Origin: Patescibacteria group bacterium
Lineage (GTDB): Bacteria; Patescibacteriota; Minisyncoccia; Moranbacterales; UBA2206
Assembly: GCA_022709735.1 (NCBI GenBank)
Contig: JAKLIG010000001.1
Location: forward strand, 20,135 to 84,134
Reading direction: 5' to 3'
DNA length: 64,000 bases
In this document: piece by piece, positions 28,937 through 42,780 of the stretch
Layout: each line of letters begins with the position of its first letter
Position numbering within the stretch: position 1 is the first letter of the stretch
Program-made: the position numbers and the translations under genes
Notes under the pieces: model-generated
Seen by the model: only the letters and a program-made list of their open reading frames with translations
What the model was told of the DNA's origin: nothing
The model's database searches: none

Positions 28937-29698
28937 ATGTTTTTAGTAGGCTGGATTTTTTTGATATTCTTGGGGCTGTTACTATCTCAAGAAATATTTC
29001 GACGTTTTCCTAAATTCACTTTAGCGTTTTTCATCGTATTGCCTATTATCCTAATCACTTATTTAATAGATAATAAGATAAGAATGGATTGGTTTAGTTT
29101 GACAAAAATTTTTTCAGTAACTTTTGCGATAATTTGGTTTTCAATATTTAGACTGACAAGTTTTGGTGAAACTAAATTTGCTAAAAATGGCATATATTTG
29201 ATTTTAGTGATCAATATTTTCGAAGCCATAGCAAAGGATGTTTTAAGTGGGGGAGTTGCACACTACTTCAACGCTGCTGCCGGAATTCTTTCGATAATTA
29301 CTCTAAATAAGATCAATTCGATAAATACTACAAAAGATAAAAATTTGGATGTTAATTGGGAGGGGATGACACTTTTTTGGATTATTGGCAATACTATTTG
29401 GGATTGGACTTTTATTTATCTTAATTATCCAAGTGTCTCAGCTCATCATATTGCAGTTCTTGGAGCCCCATTAATTATCGCTTTTTTCAATAAAGGCAGA
29501 TGGCTCCAGGCAAGGGTCCTTACTTTAGGCGCGTATTTATTCTTCTTGTTTTTGACATTAAATAGTAAATTTATTCCGCATATTTATAGTATTTCTTGGG
29601 GGAATAAATCTTTTGGTTTTTTTCTTGCATTTTCAAGCTTAGTTTTTATGATTATATATACAATATTTTTTCTTCGTTCAAAACGCATCTGTGGATAA
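28937..29698 (+). CDS. Integral membrane protein, hypothetical (7-8 TM)
   Basis: 253-aa hydrophobic ORF. Its stop codon overlaps a TTATCCACA (DnaA-box-like) 9-mer on the opposite strand. Confidence 0.55.
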   Translation: MFLVGWIFLIFLGLLLSQEIFRRFPKFTLAFFIVLPIILITYLIDNKIRMDWFSLTKIFSVTFAIIWFSIFRLTSFGETKFAKNGIYLILVINIFEAIAKDVLSGGVAHYFNAAAGILSIITLNKINSINTTKDKNLDVNWEGMTLFWIIGNTIWDWTFIYLNYPSVSAHHIAVLGAPLIIAFFNKGRWLQARVLTLGAYLFFLFLTLNSKFIPHIYSISWGNKSFGFFLAFSSLVFMIIYTIFFLRSKRICG

Positions 29699-29786
29699 CT
29701 TTTTTCCTAAAAAGCTTAATTTGTGGCATAATTAAGCAAGCGATATCATCCGATATCATCCGATATTAGCTTTAAAAAAAGGAAAA

Positions 29787-30242
29787 ATGAAAAACAAATA
29801 TCTTTCAATGGCCGAAGCTTCAAAAATTTGTCCATATGAGCAAGAATATTTAAGTTTGCTTGCTCGAAGAGGTGAGCTTCAGGCAGAAAAAAAAGGTCGC
29901 AATTGGTATACGACAATTGAATGGCTAAACGAATATATAGAAAAGAAGAAGCCCAATGTAGATCTTATCGCGGAAAGTTTACCTCAAGAAAAAGAAAAAA
30001 TAAACAAAAAAGAAAAAAGCCTTTTTCGAATTATTTGGATTTGGCTGGCTATTACCACGGCTATTATTGTTGTGGTTTTTTTTGTTTTTCAAAAATTTTC
30101 CAATCGAATAAATGCAATTGAAAAACAATCGAATCAATTTGTTCCGGAAGAAATTGTGAAAGTGCCAGATGAACAAGGGAACTTCGATGTTTATAGCAAG
30201 GGAACGATAAAAATTGGAAAAGAAAACTTGAAACAAGAATAA
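29787..30242 (+). CDS. Membrane-anchored protein with N-terminal excisionase-type helix-turn-helix (HTH_17-like)
   Basis: LSMAEASKICPYEQEYLSLLARRGELQAEKKGRNWYTTIEWLNEY resembles MerR/Xis-type HTH_17. A single TM follows. Confidence 0.5.
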   Translation: MKNKYLSMAEASKICPYEQEYLSLLARRGELQAEKKGRNWYTTIEWLNEYIEKKKPNVDLIAESLPQEKEKINKKEKSLFRIIWIWLAITTAIIVVVFFVFQKFSNRINAIEKQSNQFVPEEIVKVPDEQGNFDVYSKGTIKIGKENLKQE

Positions 30243-30243
30243 A

Positions 30244-32421
30244 ATGAAACAAAAAAATAATCTAATAAAATTATTTATACTCGTCATCTTTCTGGGATTA
30301 TTTTTTAATGTGGCAGTTTCTCGAGCGGCGATAAGCGAAAAAATAAATTATCAAGGAAAACTTACTGATGCTGCTGGCGTTGCCAAGCCGAATGGAGACT
30401 ATGACATGATTATTAGCCTTTATACTGTAGACACGGGAGGAACTTGTGTGTGGACTGCACGCGGAGATTGCAATACTACCCCGACTGCCAGAGCCGTGAC
30501 GGTAACAAATGGAATTTTTTCCATTATGCTTGGCGATACAGGTGCTGGAGATAATGCTTTAACTAGTTTGAATTTTAATGTGCCATATTATCTTGGTGTT
30601 ACTGTTGAATCAGATGCTGAAATGGTAGACAGAAAACCAATTGGTGCAGCTGGCTATGCTTTTAATTCGAGCTTGCTAAATGGTTTAGGCAGCGCAACTT
30701 CCGGAGTAAGCGCGCATATTTTAGCCACTGATTCTTCTGGAAATGCTACGGTAAGTGGAAGTACATATTTCAACGGTACAACTTATTATGTTAATTCTTC
30801 CGGCACTGGAAATTTGAACGGATTAACATTGGCTGGAGATCTAGCAGTTAATGGTAATGACATTACTTCAACGGGAGCGTTAACTGTAACTCCCGGTGCT
30901 GGTACTAATTTTAATGTGACTCTTTCTGGGACAGGAGATTTTGCAGTTAACACCAATCAGTTTTATGTGGATACTTCGGAGGCGAAAATTGGAATTGGCA
31001 ATGCTTCGCCTGGTGTAGCTTTGCACATCGGAACAACAGCACCAACTAATTTAGGTTCTACGGCAAATAGTCTTATGGTTTCTGGTGCTCTGGAAGTTGC
31101 GGGATCAGCTTATCTTGGGCCAATGGAATTTCCAACAGATTCTGGAGCAATAGCTTGGATTGATATGCCAGTTTCTGCTTCGGCTACGCCGAATGCTGCG
31201 GAAAGTTATACCGCAAAACTTGGAGGTACAAACATCCTAACCGTTTATGGTCAGGCCTTGGGTTCGGGCGGTGGCGGTATTATTAACCCACGAGTAGGAA
31301 TTGGAATAACTACTCCTGGATATGTTTTGGATGTGCAACATGCCTCATCAAAGATAAATTCTAAAAATGGATATCTAACTAATGGCGCAGACTACGCCGA
31401 ATATTTTTATACTAAAGATACTGATTTGAAATCGGGAGAAGTTGTTTGCGTGGATACTTCCAAGGATAATTCGGTTAAGCGTTGCAAAAGATCCGCTGAT
31501 ACAGATGTAATGGGAATAGTTTCCACTAATCCTTCAGTAGTAGGTAATGGAGATGGCCCAGAAAGAGACAATGATCCTAATTATAAAATAATAGGAATGA
31601 TTGGGCAGGTTCCGGGGTTAGTTTCCACAGAAAATGGATCAATAAAAATAGGCGATAATCTTACTCCTGGAGATGACGCAGGCTATATGCGAAAAGCCAA
31701 TGCAGGCGAATCAACAGTAGGCGTGGCGATGCAAAATTTCGATGATGACAAAGGAACAATTAGAATTCTAATTGCTAGAAGAAATCAGAGTTTAACGGTG
31801 GAAAAAGTAGAAGAAGCTGTGGAAGAGAATATTGCCAATATGAATATTCAAGATAAGGTGGATGAAATTGTGAGCAGTGCAACAATCGAGTTAAATAGCC
31901 AAATTGAAAATCTTTCCAGTCTTCAGCAAAGTGGAGTAAATTTGATAAATTCAGAAATTTCTTCTATTCAAGAAAAACAAGCCAAATTGCAAGACCAAAT
32001 GTTGCTGATTGAAGAACAGTCTAAAACGGCGCTTGATTTTATTGGAATTCTTAATGCAGAAGACATTATTTATCGCGATGCACTCGGGAATGTAAACTTG
32101 AGTGAAGGAAAAATCTCAGCCAAAAATATCGAGGCAACGGATAAAATGAGCGCGGATAACTTAGATGCAAATAGTCTAAAATTAGGCAAGGCAGTTTCTG
32201 GTACGGAGAAAATAAAGAAAGGAGAACTGAAATCTGATCCGATTTTAACTAAAGAAGCAAAGGCGGGAGTGAAAGTTTATATAACGCCCAAAGATTCGAC
32301 AGAAGGGAAAATGTTATACTATGATGAGAAGGATATTGAAGACGGAAAAAGCTTTGTGGTTAAGATTGATTCTTCGGCGCCAGAAAAGGATGTTGAATTT
32401 AATTGGCTGATTATCAAATAA
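30244..32421 (+). CDS. Large secreted Gly/Thr/Asn-rich beta-helix/tail-fiber-like surface protein with C-terminal coiled coil
   Basis: Signal peptide, GT/GN repeats (SGTGNLNGLTLAGDLAVNGNDITSTGALTVTPGAGTNFNVTLSGTGDF), a central ADYAEYF...GEVVCV...VMGIVSTNPSVVGN...IIGMIGQVPG block like phage tail-fibre/appendage proteins, and a coiled coil near the C-terminus. Confidence 0.6.
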   Translation: MKQKNNLIKLFILVIFLGLFFNVAVSRAAISEKINYQGKLTDAAGVAKPNGDYDMIISLYTVDTGGTCVWTARGDCNTTPTARAVTVTNGIFSIMLGDTGAGDNALTSLNFNVPYYLGVTVESDAEMVDRKPIGAAGYAFNSSLLNGLGSATSGVSAHILATDSSGNATVSGSTYFNGTTYYVNSSGTGNLNGLTLAGDLAVNGNDITSTGALTVTPGAGTNFNVTLSGTGDFAVNTNQFYVDTSEAKIGIGNASPGVALHIGTTAPTNLGSTANSLMVSGALEVAGSAYLGPMEFPTDSGAIAWIDMPVSASATPNAAESYTAKLGGTNILTVYGQALGSGGGGIINPRVGIGITTPGYVLDVQHASSKINSKNGYLTNGADYAEYFYTKDTDLKSGEVVCVDTSKDNSVKRCKRSADTDVMGIVSTNPSVVGNGDGPERDNDPNYKIIGMIGQVPGLVSTENGSIKIGDNLTPGDDAGYMRKANAGESTVGVAMQNFDDDKGTIRILIARRNQSLTVEKVEEAVEENIANMNIQDKVDEIVSSATIELNSQIENLSSLQQSGVNLINSEISSIQEKQAKLQDQMLLIEEQSKTALDFIGILNAEDIIYRDALGNVNLSEGKISAKNIEATDKMSADNLDANSLKLGKAVSGTEKIKKGELKSDPILTKEAKAGVKVYITPKDSTEGKMLYYDEKDIEDGKSFVVKIDSSAPEKDVEFNWLIIK

Positions 32422-32424
32422 GTT

Positions 32425-34689
32425 ATGAAAAAAATATTAATTATTATTTTATTTATTCTGGTCGGATTATTTATTTTTTTTCAAACAAATTTTGGAAAAA
32501 AAATAGTGGCAATCTATCAAATGGAAAGAATAAAAAGAATGGCAGTTAGTCAGATAGATCTTAATTCTTATGCTAATTTTATTTTGACTCACTTTAAGGA
32601 TGCTTCTAGCGCCAGTGGCGTGGAAAAAATCACTCGCGATGATTTGGTCAAAATGAAAATAAGAAAAGCTAACGCGAGCGACCTTCCGGCGATAGTAGCG
32701 CTCTATAATAAGGGATTTAAAAAAGGAGTTTGGTGTGATTCAACATATAAAGCTAGCACCTGGTCAATTATAAAAGAGTATCAAGAGCTGAAAAATAAAT
32801 ATGGCGAAAAAAATATTTATTTTTCTGTGGCGGAATTGGATGGAAAGATTTTGGCTGCGGGTGGCGGATTTGAATATGATGGGAAAGCTAACCACTTGTT
32901 TACTTTTATCAATGTTGATGTGACGGAAAAACTTTGGTCGCAAATAGCAATCAAGATTACTACGAGTTTTTTTGAATTAGCTCGCAGTCTAAATTTGGAA
33001 AAAGTGGAAGCAAAGGTGGAGAAAGATGTTTGGATGGAAGGCTTCATTCGCGATGTTATAAAAGCTAAAAATACTTCCGATATAACTTGGGAAATTGACA
33101 GGGATTTTAATTTGAGCCGAACTTGGACAAGAGAGGATTATGAATATGAAAACGATGCGGTGAAAAAAAGAGAAGAAAAAAACGCGCGAGGAGAAAATTC
33201 AGATTCTGTCAATCAGCAAAGTTTGATGGGCACAGGAAAAATTATCAGTCAAACGGAAAATACAGACACTTTTTCAAAAAAAGACGGAACGAGAGAGATG
33301 CTGATTTATCCTTCAGCGGTGAATATTAAAATTGATGGAAAGTGGACAAAAATCGAGGATTATTTGAAACAGTCGGAAGAAATTTCAGAAGATAAATCGG
33401 AAGCTGGCAAAAAATATCAACTCAAGCCATACGATGCCTATGCTGGTGCCGATGAAGAAAACAGAAATATTATCAATTATCAGAAAGATGACAATCAGAT
33501 AAGTTTTTCGTTGGAGAATATCAGCTATAAAGATCAAAATAAAAATATTATTTTAGCTGAAGCGAAAAATGGAGACATTGCTCATTCATATAAGTCGGTT
33601 AATTTTAAAAATATTTTTGAAGGAATTGATTTGAAATATCATTCAACAATAAATGGCATTAAGGAAGAATTATTTTTTAATAATGTCGATCTTTTAAAAA
33701 AAATTGATGAGCCTGATTATTTCCAAGGGAAAGTAGTTTTGCGAACAAAAATTAATGTTTCGCCGAATATTTCCGTAGAAATGTTAAATAATCAAGTTTA
33801 TTTCAAAAAAGACGGTCAAAATCTTTTTTCCACTTCTCAACCGTTCATTTTTGATCAAGAAAACAGAACCTATCAAGTTGAAAGCGAACTAAAAAAAGAA
33901 CAAGATAATTATTATTTGGAAATCACGCTGGACTATGGCTGGCTGACCAGCGAGGAAAAGGTTTTCCCATTAGTGCTGGATCCGGATTTGAATATCAATC
34001 CAACGGCGGATGTATCTTTATGCTTAGACAGTTCTTGTGCAGTTAATAACGGCACAGGCCGAGCTTTTATTAAATTTGATATTTCTGGTCTTCCAGCTGG
34101 AGCAACATTGCAAAGCGCTAATCTTGTTCTCACTCATATTACGAATTATGCGACCCTAGTAATAAGCGCTAGAAGATTTATTGATCAAACATGGAGCGAG
34201 AGTAGCGCTGTGAGTGTTTTCAATGGAGGAAGTTTTGGCAGTGTTCTCTCTTCAGTCACTGTAGCTTCTGCTACTACGGAAACCTGGAATGTGCTCGGGA
34301 GTTCTAGTGATGGCCTAATAAAAGAATATAATGACGGGAATACTTTTTATTCAGTTAATCTTTATACGAGCGTTGCATTTACACCGGCTTATGTATCAAA
34401 CGGAACGACATTAGTTCTAGGATTTTATAATGATGGCAAAACTGGATATTCTGATACTTATCATAGTCGCGAAGGAACAACAAAACCGGTTCTTAAGATA
34501 AGTTATGTATATTGCGGAGACGGAATGTGCAATGGAAATGAAACGAATGGTTCTTGTCCATCCGACTGTCCGCCCATTTCTACTTCTAACGGTGCCAATT
34601 CTTCAATTTTTGATTATAATAATCATCCTTCAGGAGCGAAAAGTATTTTTAGCGCACCTGGCACGACAAAAACTTATTTTCATCATTAA
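32425..34689 (+). CDS. Membrane-anchored multidomain protein: N-terminal TM, GNAT-like acetyltransferase domain, C-terminal DNRLRE-like domain and Cys-rich tail
   Basis: MKIRKANASDLPAIVALYNKGF is a classic GNAT start. RAFIKFDISGLPAGATLQSANLVLTHI matches the DNRLRE-domain pattern. CGDGMCNGNETNGSCPSDCPP forms the tail. Confidence 0.55.
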   Translation: MKKILIIILFILVGLFIFFQTNFGKKIVAIYQMERIKRMAVSQIDLNSYANFILTHFKDASSASGVEKITRDDLVKMKIRKANASDLPAIVALYNKGFKKGVWCDSTYKASTWSIIKEYQELKNKYGEKNIYFSVAELDGKILAAGGGFEYDGKANHLFTFINVDVTEKLWSQIAIKITTSFFELARSLNLEKVEAKVEKDVWMEGFIRDVIKAKNTSDITWEIDRDFNLSRTWTREDYEYENDAVKKREEKNARGENSDSVNQQSLMGTGKIISQTENTDTFSKKDGTREMLIYPSAVNIKIDGKWTKIEDYLKQSEEISEDKSEAGKKYQLKPYDAYAGADEENRNIINYQKDDNQISFSLENISYKDQNKNIILAEAKNGDIAHSYKSVNFKNIFEGIDLKYHSTINGIKEELFFNNVDLLKKIDEPDYFQGKVVLRTKINVSPNISVEMLNNQVYFKKDGQNLFSTSQPFIFDQENRTYQVESELKKEQDNYYLEITLDYGWLTSEEKVFPLVLDPDLNINPTADVSLCLDSSCAVNNGTGRAFIKFDISGLPAGATLQSANLVLTHITNYATLVISARRFIDQTWSESSAVSVFNGGSFGSVLSSVTVASATTETWNVLGSSSDGLIKEYNDGNTFYSVNLYTSVAFTPAYVSNGTTLVLGFYNDGKTGYSDTYHSREGTTKPVLKISYVYCGDGMCNGNETNGSCPSDCPPISTSNGANSSIFDYNNHPSGAKSIFSAPGTTKTYFHH

Positions 34690-34693
34690 TATT

Positions 34694-37135
34694 ATGGATA
34701 TAATAAAAAGGAAGTCTTTAATTGGCTCAAAAATAGTCAGAAGTCAAATCCAAATAAATACGGATAATTTTAAAAATAATAAATTCAGCTGGGTTGAAAA
34801 AATAACCGAAGGAATAATATCCTTTTCGCTAGCTATGATTTTTTTAGGTTTGCCAACTTTCATTACGCGATATCCGTTGCAAGAAATTGAATTTAGCAAA
34901 CAGATGGGTTTTTATTTTTGGATTATAATCGCATTGCTTGCTTGGTTAGGCAGTTGTGCATTTAGGGGCGAGGTAAAAATTCGGCGTACGCCATTAGATT
35001 TTCCAATTTTATTTCTTTGGCTTTCCTATCTTCTTTCTACAATTTTTTCAGTGGATATCTGGCATAGTTTTTGGGGATTTTTTGGTGATCCAACCCACGG
35101 ACTGCTAAACGCGACAGCGATCATCATTGCTTATTATCTTATACTCAGCACTTTTAATATGAATCGCTTGCGAATTTTTCTCGGGACGATTTTTTTATCA
35201 GGACTGGTAATTTTGTTTTGGGAAACGCTTATAGTGACGGGAGTGATAAATTTACAAACTCAAAATTTTCTTCAAGCCGATCGCTATTTGCAATATATTC
35301 CTGCTAGTCGTGTAGGATCGGTTTCTGGTACAACTATTTTTCTAAGTATTTTCATTATTCTTTTAGTTACTATTTTTCTTAAGATAAATTCAAGCGACAG
35401 TGGAAAAATAAAAAAAATTATTTTTGGGAGTATTATTTTAGCGATAATTTTTAGCTGTCTTTATCTGCTTCTGGCATTCTATTTTTTTGTTCCATGGAGT
35501 GGATTTTTTCTCGGAGTGGGATTTTTTCTTGTCTATATTTTTATGGGGATGACTCGGGCATCCAAAGGTTCAAAATGGCTTCCAAGTTTTATATTCAGCT
35601 ATATTGTGCTGGCAATGTTTTTGGGAAATATTTTTTTATCTAATAATAAAATCACAGCCGTTAATTTTCCGATGGAAGTAAATTTAGAGCGCAATCTTTC
35701 TTGGCAAATTGCTAAAGAGACTCTCGCTAAACATAGTTTTCTTCTAGGAAGCGGTCCCGCCACATATGGTTATGATTTTTCACTGTACCGCCCGCAAGAT
35801 TTTAATTTGAATAATTTTTATAACCTGAGATTCTACAAGGGTTCGGGAATTTTTTGGGAAACGCTACCGACGGTGGGAATTTTAGGAACACTTGCCTTAA
35901 TTTTTCTTATTTTTTCTTTTTTAAGCGTAACGCTATATCTTCTAAACAGAGGAAAGGAAAAAAATCAAATATATTCCTTGGGTTTTATGTCGGCGACAAT
36001 TGTAATTTTAGTTGATGCTTTTTTTGCGCGACTGGATGGATCAATGATAATTTTTGGTGCGCTTCTGGCAACATTGACTCTCGGAATAATTCTTAAGGAA
36101 AATGAAACGCAAGAAGAATATTGGAAATTTATTCTAAAGACTCGTCCTGGACGCGCTCCCGCGGGAGCTTTTATATTTTTAGCAGTTATTATGGGAACAA
36201 TTTTTTTGCTTTTTTCTTTGTTAAAATTTTTTATCGCAGATGTGTATGCTTCGCGAGCTAATAAAAATATTTTCGGAGAAAATTCAATAGGAATGATGGA
36301 AAAAGCCATCACCCTAAACGGAAAAGAGGGGAGGTATTATACTCTTTTTGGACAACAATATATGGAATTAGCCAACAGTGAATTTCTCAAAAAAGACAAA
36401 GCGGATAAAAATTTATTTGAAAAATATTTGGATAACGCTCTTAATTTTACTTTCAAAGGAAAACAACTGATGCCAAAAGATGTAGTGGCGCTGGAAGCTT
36501 TTGCCCAAGCCCTGGAAAATAAAGCGTTATATTTTCCGCAATTTTCACAAACTGCCGTAGATGCTTTCAATGATGCGCTTGCTCTGGAACCGCATAATGC
36601 TTTATATTTTTTAGAGATTGGAAAAGTTCGCGTTCGGGAAGCATCTTTGGAAAAAGACGAAGCTAAGAAAAAAACTTTAATTTTAGAGGCAAAGGATTGG
36701 TTTCAAAAATCTATTGATAAAAAAGATAATTTAGCGGAAGGCTATTTTCAATTGGGAGTGGCACAGCAATTATTAGGAGAAAAAAATGAAGCTATTTTGT
36801 CTTTGCAAAAAGCAATAATTTTAGATAATACTAAATCTGATTATTTTTTAGTGCTGGCCAATATATATCAGTCGCGCGGTGCGGAGAATGATTATAAAAT
36901 AGCGGAAGATATTTATAAAAAGATAATTTCAGCACAAGGCAACGAACCGAATATTTATCTTAATCTCGGACTGCTTTATGAAAAAATGAAACGCTTTGAC
37001 GATGCCTTGGAGCAATATAAAAAAGTTTTGAATTTATTGCCCGAAAAAAATTTAGATGCGAAAAACAAAATTCAAAAGATGATTGATAATGCGGGGCAAG
37101 GAATTGAAAATACTGTCGAAAATACTAAGGAGTAG
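34694..37135 (+). CDS. O-antigen ligase/polymerase (Wzy_C-like) family membrane protein with C-terminal TPR repeats
   Basis: Start set at ATG 34694 (MDIIKRK...). The upstream ORF-track extension overlaps the previous gene. More than 10 TM, large periplasmic loop, C-terminal TPRs (YFQLGVAQQLLGEKNEAILSLQKAIILD, NIYLNLGLLYEKMKRFDDALEQYKKVL). Confidence 0.7.
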   Translation: MDIIKRKSLIGSKIVRSQIQINTDNFKNNKFSWVEKITEGIISFSLAMIFLGLPTFITRYPLQEIEFSKQMGFYFWIIIALLAWLGSCAFRGEVKIRRTPLDFPILFLWLSYLLSTIFSVDIWHSFWGFFGDPTHGLLNATAIIIAYYLILSTFNMNRLRIFLGTIFLSGLVILFWETLIVTGVINLQTQNFLQADRYLQYIPASRVGSVSGTTIFLSIFIILLVTIFLKINSSDSGKIKKIIFGSIILAIIFSCLYLLLAFYFFVPWSGFFLGVGFFLVYIFMGMTRASKGSKWLPSFIFSYIVLAMFLGNIFLSNNKITAVNFPMEVNLERNLSWQIAKETLAKHSFLLGSGPATYGYDFSLYRPQDFNLNNFYNLRFYKGSGIFWETLPTVGILGTLALIFLIFSFLSVTLYLLNRGKEKNQIYSLGFMSATIVILVDAFFARLDGSMIIFGALLATLTLGIILKENETQEEYWKFILKTRPGRAPAGAFIFLAVIMGTIFLLFSLLKFFIADVYASRANKNIFGENSIGMMEKAITLNGKEGRYYTLFGQQYMELANSEFLKKDKADKNLFEKYLDNALNFTFKGKQLMPKDVVALEAFAQALENKALYFPQFSQTAVDAFNDALALEPHNALYFLEIGKVRVREASLEKDEAKKKTLILEAKDWFQKSIDKKDNLAEGYFQLGVAQQLLGEKNEAILSLQKAIILDNTKSDYFLVLANIYQSRGAENDYKIAEDIYKKIISAQGNEPNIYLNLGLLYEKMKRFDDALEQYKKVLNLLPEKNLDAKNKIQKMIDNAGQGIENTVENTKE

Positions 37136-37201
37136 GATAATTTGTTAAATTGGTATATAATAGAAATAGATATAAATAAAAAACTGGAAGGAGGTGGACT
37201 T

Positions 37202-37900
37202 ATGAACGGAGTACAAACTTGGGGGGAAGCCATAACGGTATCACTTATCGGGCTTGGAGAAAGACTGATTAATTTTCTTCCAATTTTAATTGGAGCACTT
37301 TTGGTGCTTTTAGCTGGCTGGATTATCGCAGTAGCAGTCGGCAAATTAGCAGAAAAATTTATGAAAGCTCTTCGCGTTGACAAGGCAGCTGAAAAAATCG
37401 GAATCAGCGAAAAAATTTATGGAAGCGAAATTCATCTGACTATTTCAGCTTTTTTCGGTAATCTAATTAAGTGGTTTTTAGTTTTGGTTTTTCTTATGGC
37501 CGCAGCTGATATTTTGAAGCTCAATCAAGTAACAGATTTTCTAAATAGCATACTGCTCTACATCCCGAATGTGATAGTAGCGGTAGTAATTTTAGGTGCA
37601 GTATTTCTTCTTGGAAATTTTGTTTACGGTGTTGTCAAAGGAAGCACGCGAGCTGCTGGCATTATGTCAGCTACGCTTCTCGCTGCAATTTCTAAATGGT
37701 CAATCGTGATTTTCGGTCTTTTTGCTGCATTGATTCAACTGGGAATAGCACCGTCATTAGTTAGCACAATTTTCATCGGAATAGTGGCGATGCTTGCTTT
37801 GGCTGGAGGATTGGCATTCGGGCTTGGCGGAAAAGAAGAGGCAGCAGCGATTCTTAGGAAACTAAGAGAAGAAATCACAGAGAATGGCCAAAATCGTTAA
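37202..37900 (+). CDS. Integral membrane protein (5-6 TM), hypothetical
   Basis: Start at ATG 37202, preceded by GGAGGTGG RBS. The upstream ORF extension is unlikely. Confidence 0.55.
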   Translation: MNGVQTWGEAITVSLIGLGERLINFLPILIGALLVLLAGWIIAVAVGKLAEKFMKALRVDKAAEKIGISEKIYGSEIHLTISAFFGNLIKWFLVLVFLMAAADILKLNQVTDFLNSILLYIPNVIVAVVILGAVFLLGNFVYGVVKGSTRAAGIMSATLLAAISKWSIVIFGLFAALIQLGIAPSLVSTIFIGIVAMLALAGGLAFGLGGKEEAAAILRKLREEITENGQNR

Positions 37901-38004
37901 TAAATTTAGTCTCGATTTTTTCGAAAAACAGCTTCATTTTATTGGGGCTGTTTTTGTTATTTTAATCTTATCCACAGGTCCTGTTTTTTTCGTCATATAA
38001 CCAC

Positions 38005-38033
38005 TTGACAAGTTTTCAGGCAATTGCTAGAAT
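38005..38033 (+). promoter_or_regulatory. Consensus promoter TTGACA-17-TAGAAT for the 23S-5S rRNA operon
   Basis: ttgaca agttttcaggcaattgc tagaat, about 450 nt upstream of the mature 23S 5' end. Confidence 0.55.
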
Positions 38034-38457
38034 AATTTCACGTGCTAAATTCATAATTTGTTAAGTCAAATAATGATAATTTCAATACAATTTATAAAAA
38101 AGAAAAGCGGGTGATTCTTTAGTTTTAATTTTGTTTTGAAACCCCGCTCTCAAGCGGTTTTTTGTTTCTTAAAATGGTAAAAAATATTGGCGCTGAAATA
38201 ATTTCTGCAAATAAAATTGTGAAAAATATTTTCCGCGTCAAAGCTGAACTTTGACAACTGAATAGGTCTTAATCGCAAGTTTAATTTTATAATGTTGGCG
38301 GAAATAGAAATTAAATTTGACGATTAGTCACTCAATATTTTAAGCAATAAATATTGAGTTTTGTAGGTAAAATCCCGCCAAGGCGGGATAAAATGCAATA
38401 AGAGAAAATTAAAATAGTTAGCAATATTTATTTAGTAATTGCTAACTGCTAACAACA

Positions 38458-41668
<3,211 letters not shown>

Positions 41669-41817
41669 TTATCTCTCTTGATTCAACTGACAACTCATAA
41701 CTGACAACTTGCAACTTAATTGTTGTTTGTTGAAAGTTGAGAGTTGAAAGTTGATATAGTTAGCAGTTAGAAATTACTAAATTAGCATTTTTTAAAGTTA
41801 GTTAAGAGAGCATTATT

Positions 41818-41926
41818 TTGGTGGCTCTAGCGAAGTGGCTACACCTGATCCCATTCCGAACTCAGTAGTTAAGCACTTCAGCGCTGATGGTAGCTCTTCA
41901 TTGAGCAAGAGTAAGCCGCCGCCAGA
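41818..41926 (+). rRNA. rrf: 5S ribosomal RNA
   Basis: TTGGTGGCTCTAGCGAAGTGGCTACACCTGATCCCATTCCGAACTCAGTAGTTAAGC... Enclosed by the inverted repeat gagcattatt/aataatgctc and followed by a T-run. Confidence 0.85.
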
Positions 41927-41970
41927 ATAATGCTCTTTTTTATTTTTCCAAAATATGCTAAAATGTTTTT

Positions 41971-42780
41971 ATGGAATACACCGATCGCAAAAAAATTATC
42001 ATAATCCTTATATACTTATTCATATTTGCCTTGATTATTTTAGGGCTTTATTCAATCTTCAAATCAAAAGCCAATTGTTTTGATGGTATTCAAAATCAAA
42101 ATGAGAGAGGCGTGGATTGCGGGGGAGTTTGTCAGAAAGAATGCAATGAAATAAAAGCCCAGGATTTAATTATCAAAAAAACGGGCATAGTTCCTTCTGG
42201 AATTTCCGGAAAATATGATTTTTATGCAAAAATTTCCAATCCAAACGCGGCTTTTGGGAATAAAAATTTTGATTACGAAATAACTTTCAAGGATTCTATT
42301 GGAAATGTCGTTGCTTCAAAAAAAGGTTCAAGTTTTGTTTTGCCGGGAGAAGAAAAATATGTGGTGGAAAATAATATCGATTCTCCTAGTGAACCATTTT
42401 CTGGAGAATTAAAAATTGCCACTTCCGATTGGGTGAAATTTGAGGACTATTATGAAAGGCCGGACATTCAAATTATCAATAAAAATTATAGCGAAATTTC
42501 CGGAGGAACAGGTTTTGCTAATGCCCAAGGCTTGCTTCGAAACCGAAGCCCGTTTGATTTTGAAAGTATAAAAATTCAGGTAATCCTCAAGGATTTGAAT
42601 GGGGAAGTTTTGGCGCTTAATTCAACGGAAATGAAAACAGTCAAATCCGGAGAGGACAGGGATTTCAAGGTTTTTTGGCCAAGCAGTTTCCCTGGCGCGG
42701 TGAGCGTTATGGAAGCTCAAGCGGAAGTAAATATTTTCAATTCTGAAACTTTTCTAAAAAGATTTTACCATAATGAATAA
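41971..42780 (+). CDS. Hypothetical secreted/membrane-anchored protein with Cys-rich N-terminal segment
   Basis: N-terminal TM then CFDGIQNQNERGVDCGGVCQKEC. 269 aa. Confidence 0.55.
   Translation: MEYTDRKKIIIILIYLFIFALIILGLYSIFKSKANCFDGIQNQNERGVDCGGVCQKECNEIKAQDLIIKKTGIVPSGISGKYDFYAKISNPNAAFGNKNFDYEITFKDSIGNVVASKKGSSFVLPGEEKYVVENNIDSPSEPFSGELKIATSDWVKFEDYYERPDIQIINKNYSEISGGTGFANAQGLLRNRSPFDFESIKIQVILKDLNGEVLALNSTEMKTVKSGEDRDFKVFWPSSFPGAVSVMEAQAEVNIFNSETFLKRFYHNE

Noticed and set aside
34505-34693. Upstream extension of the 876-aa ORF
   Set aside because: Overlaps the end of the preceding gene in another frame. The ATG at 34694 directly after that gene's stop gives a sensible N-terminus (MDIIKRK...).
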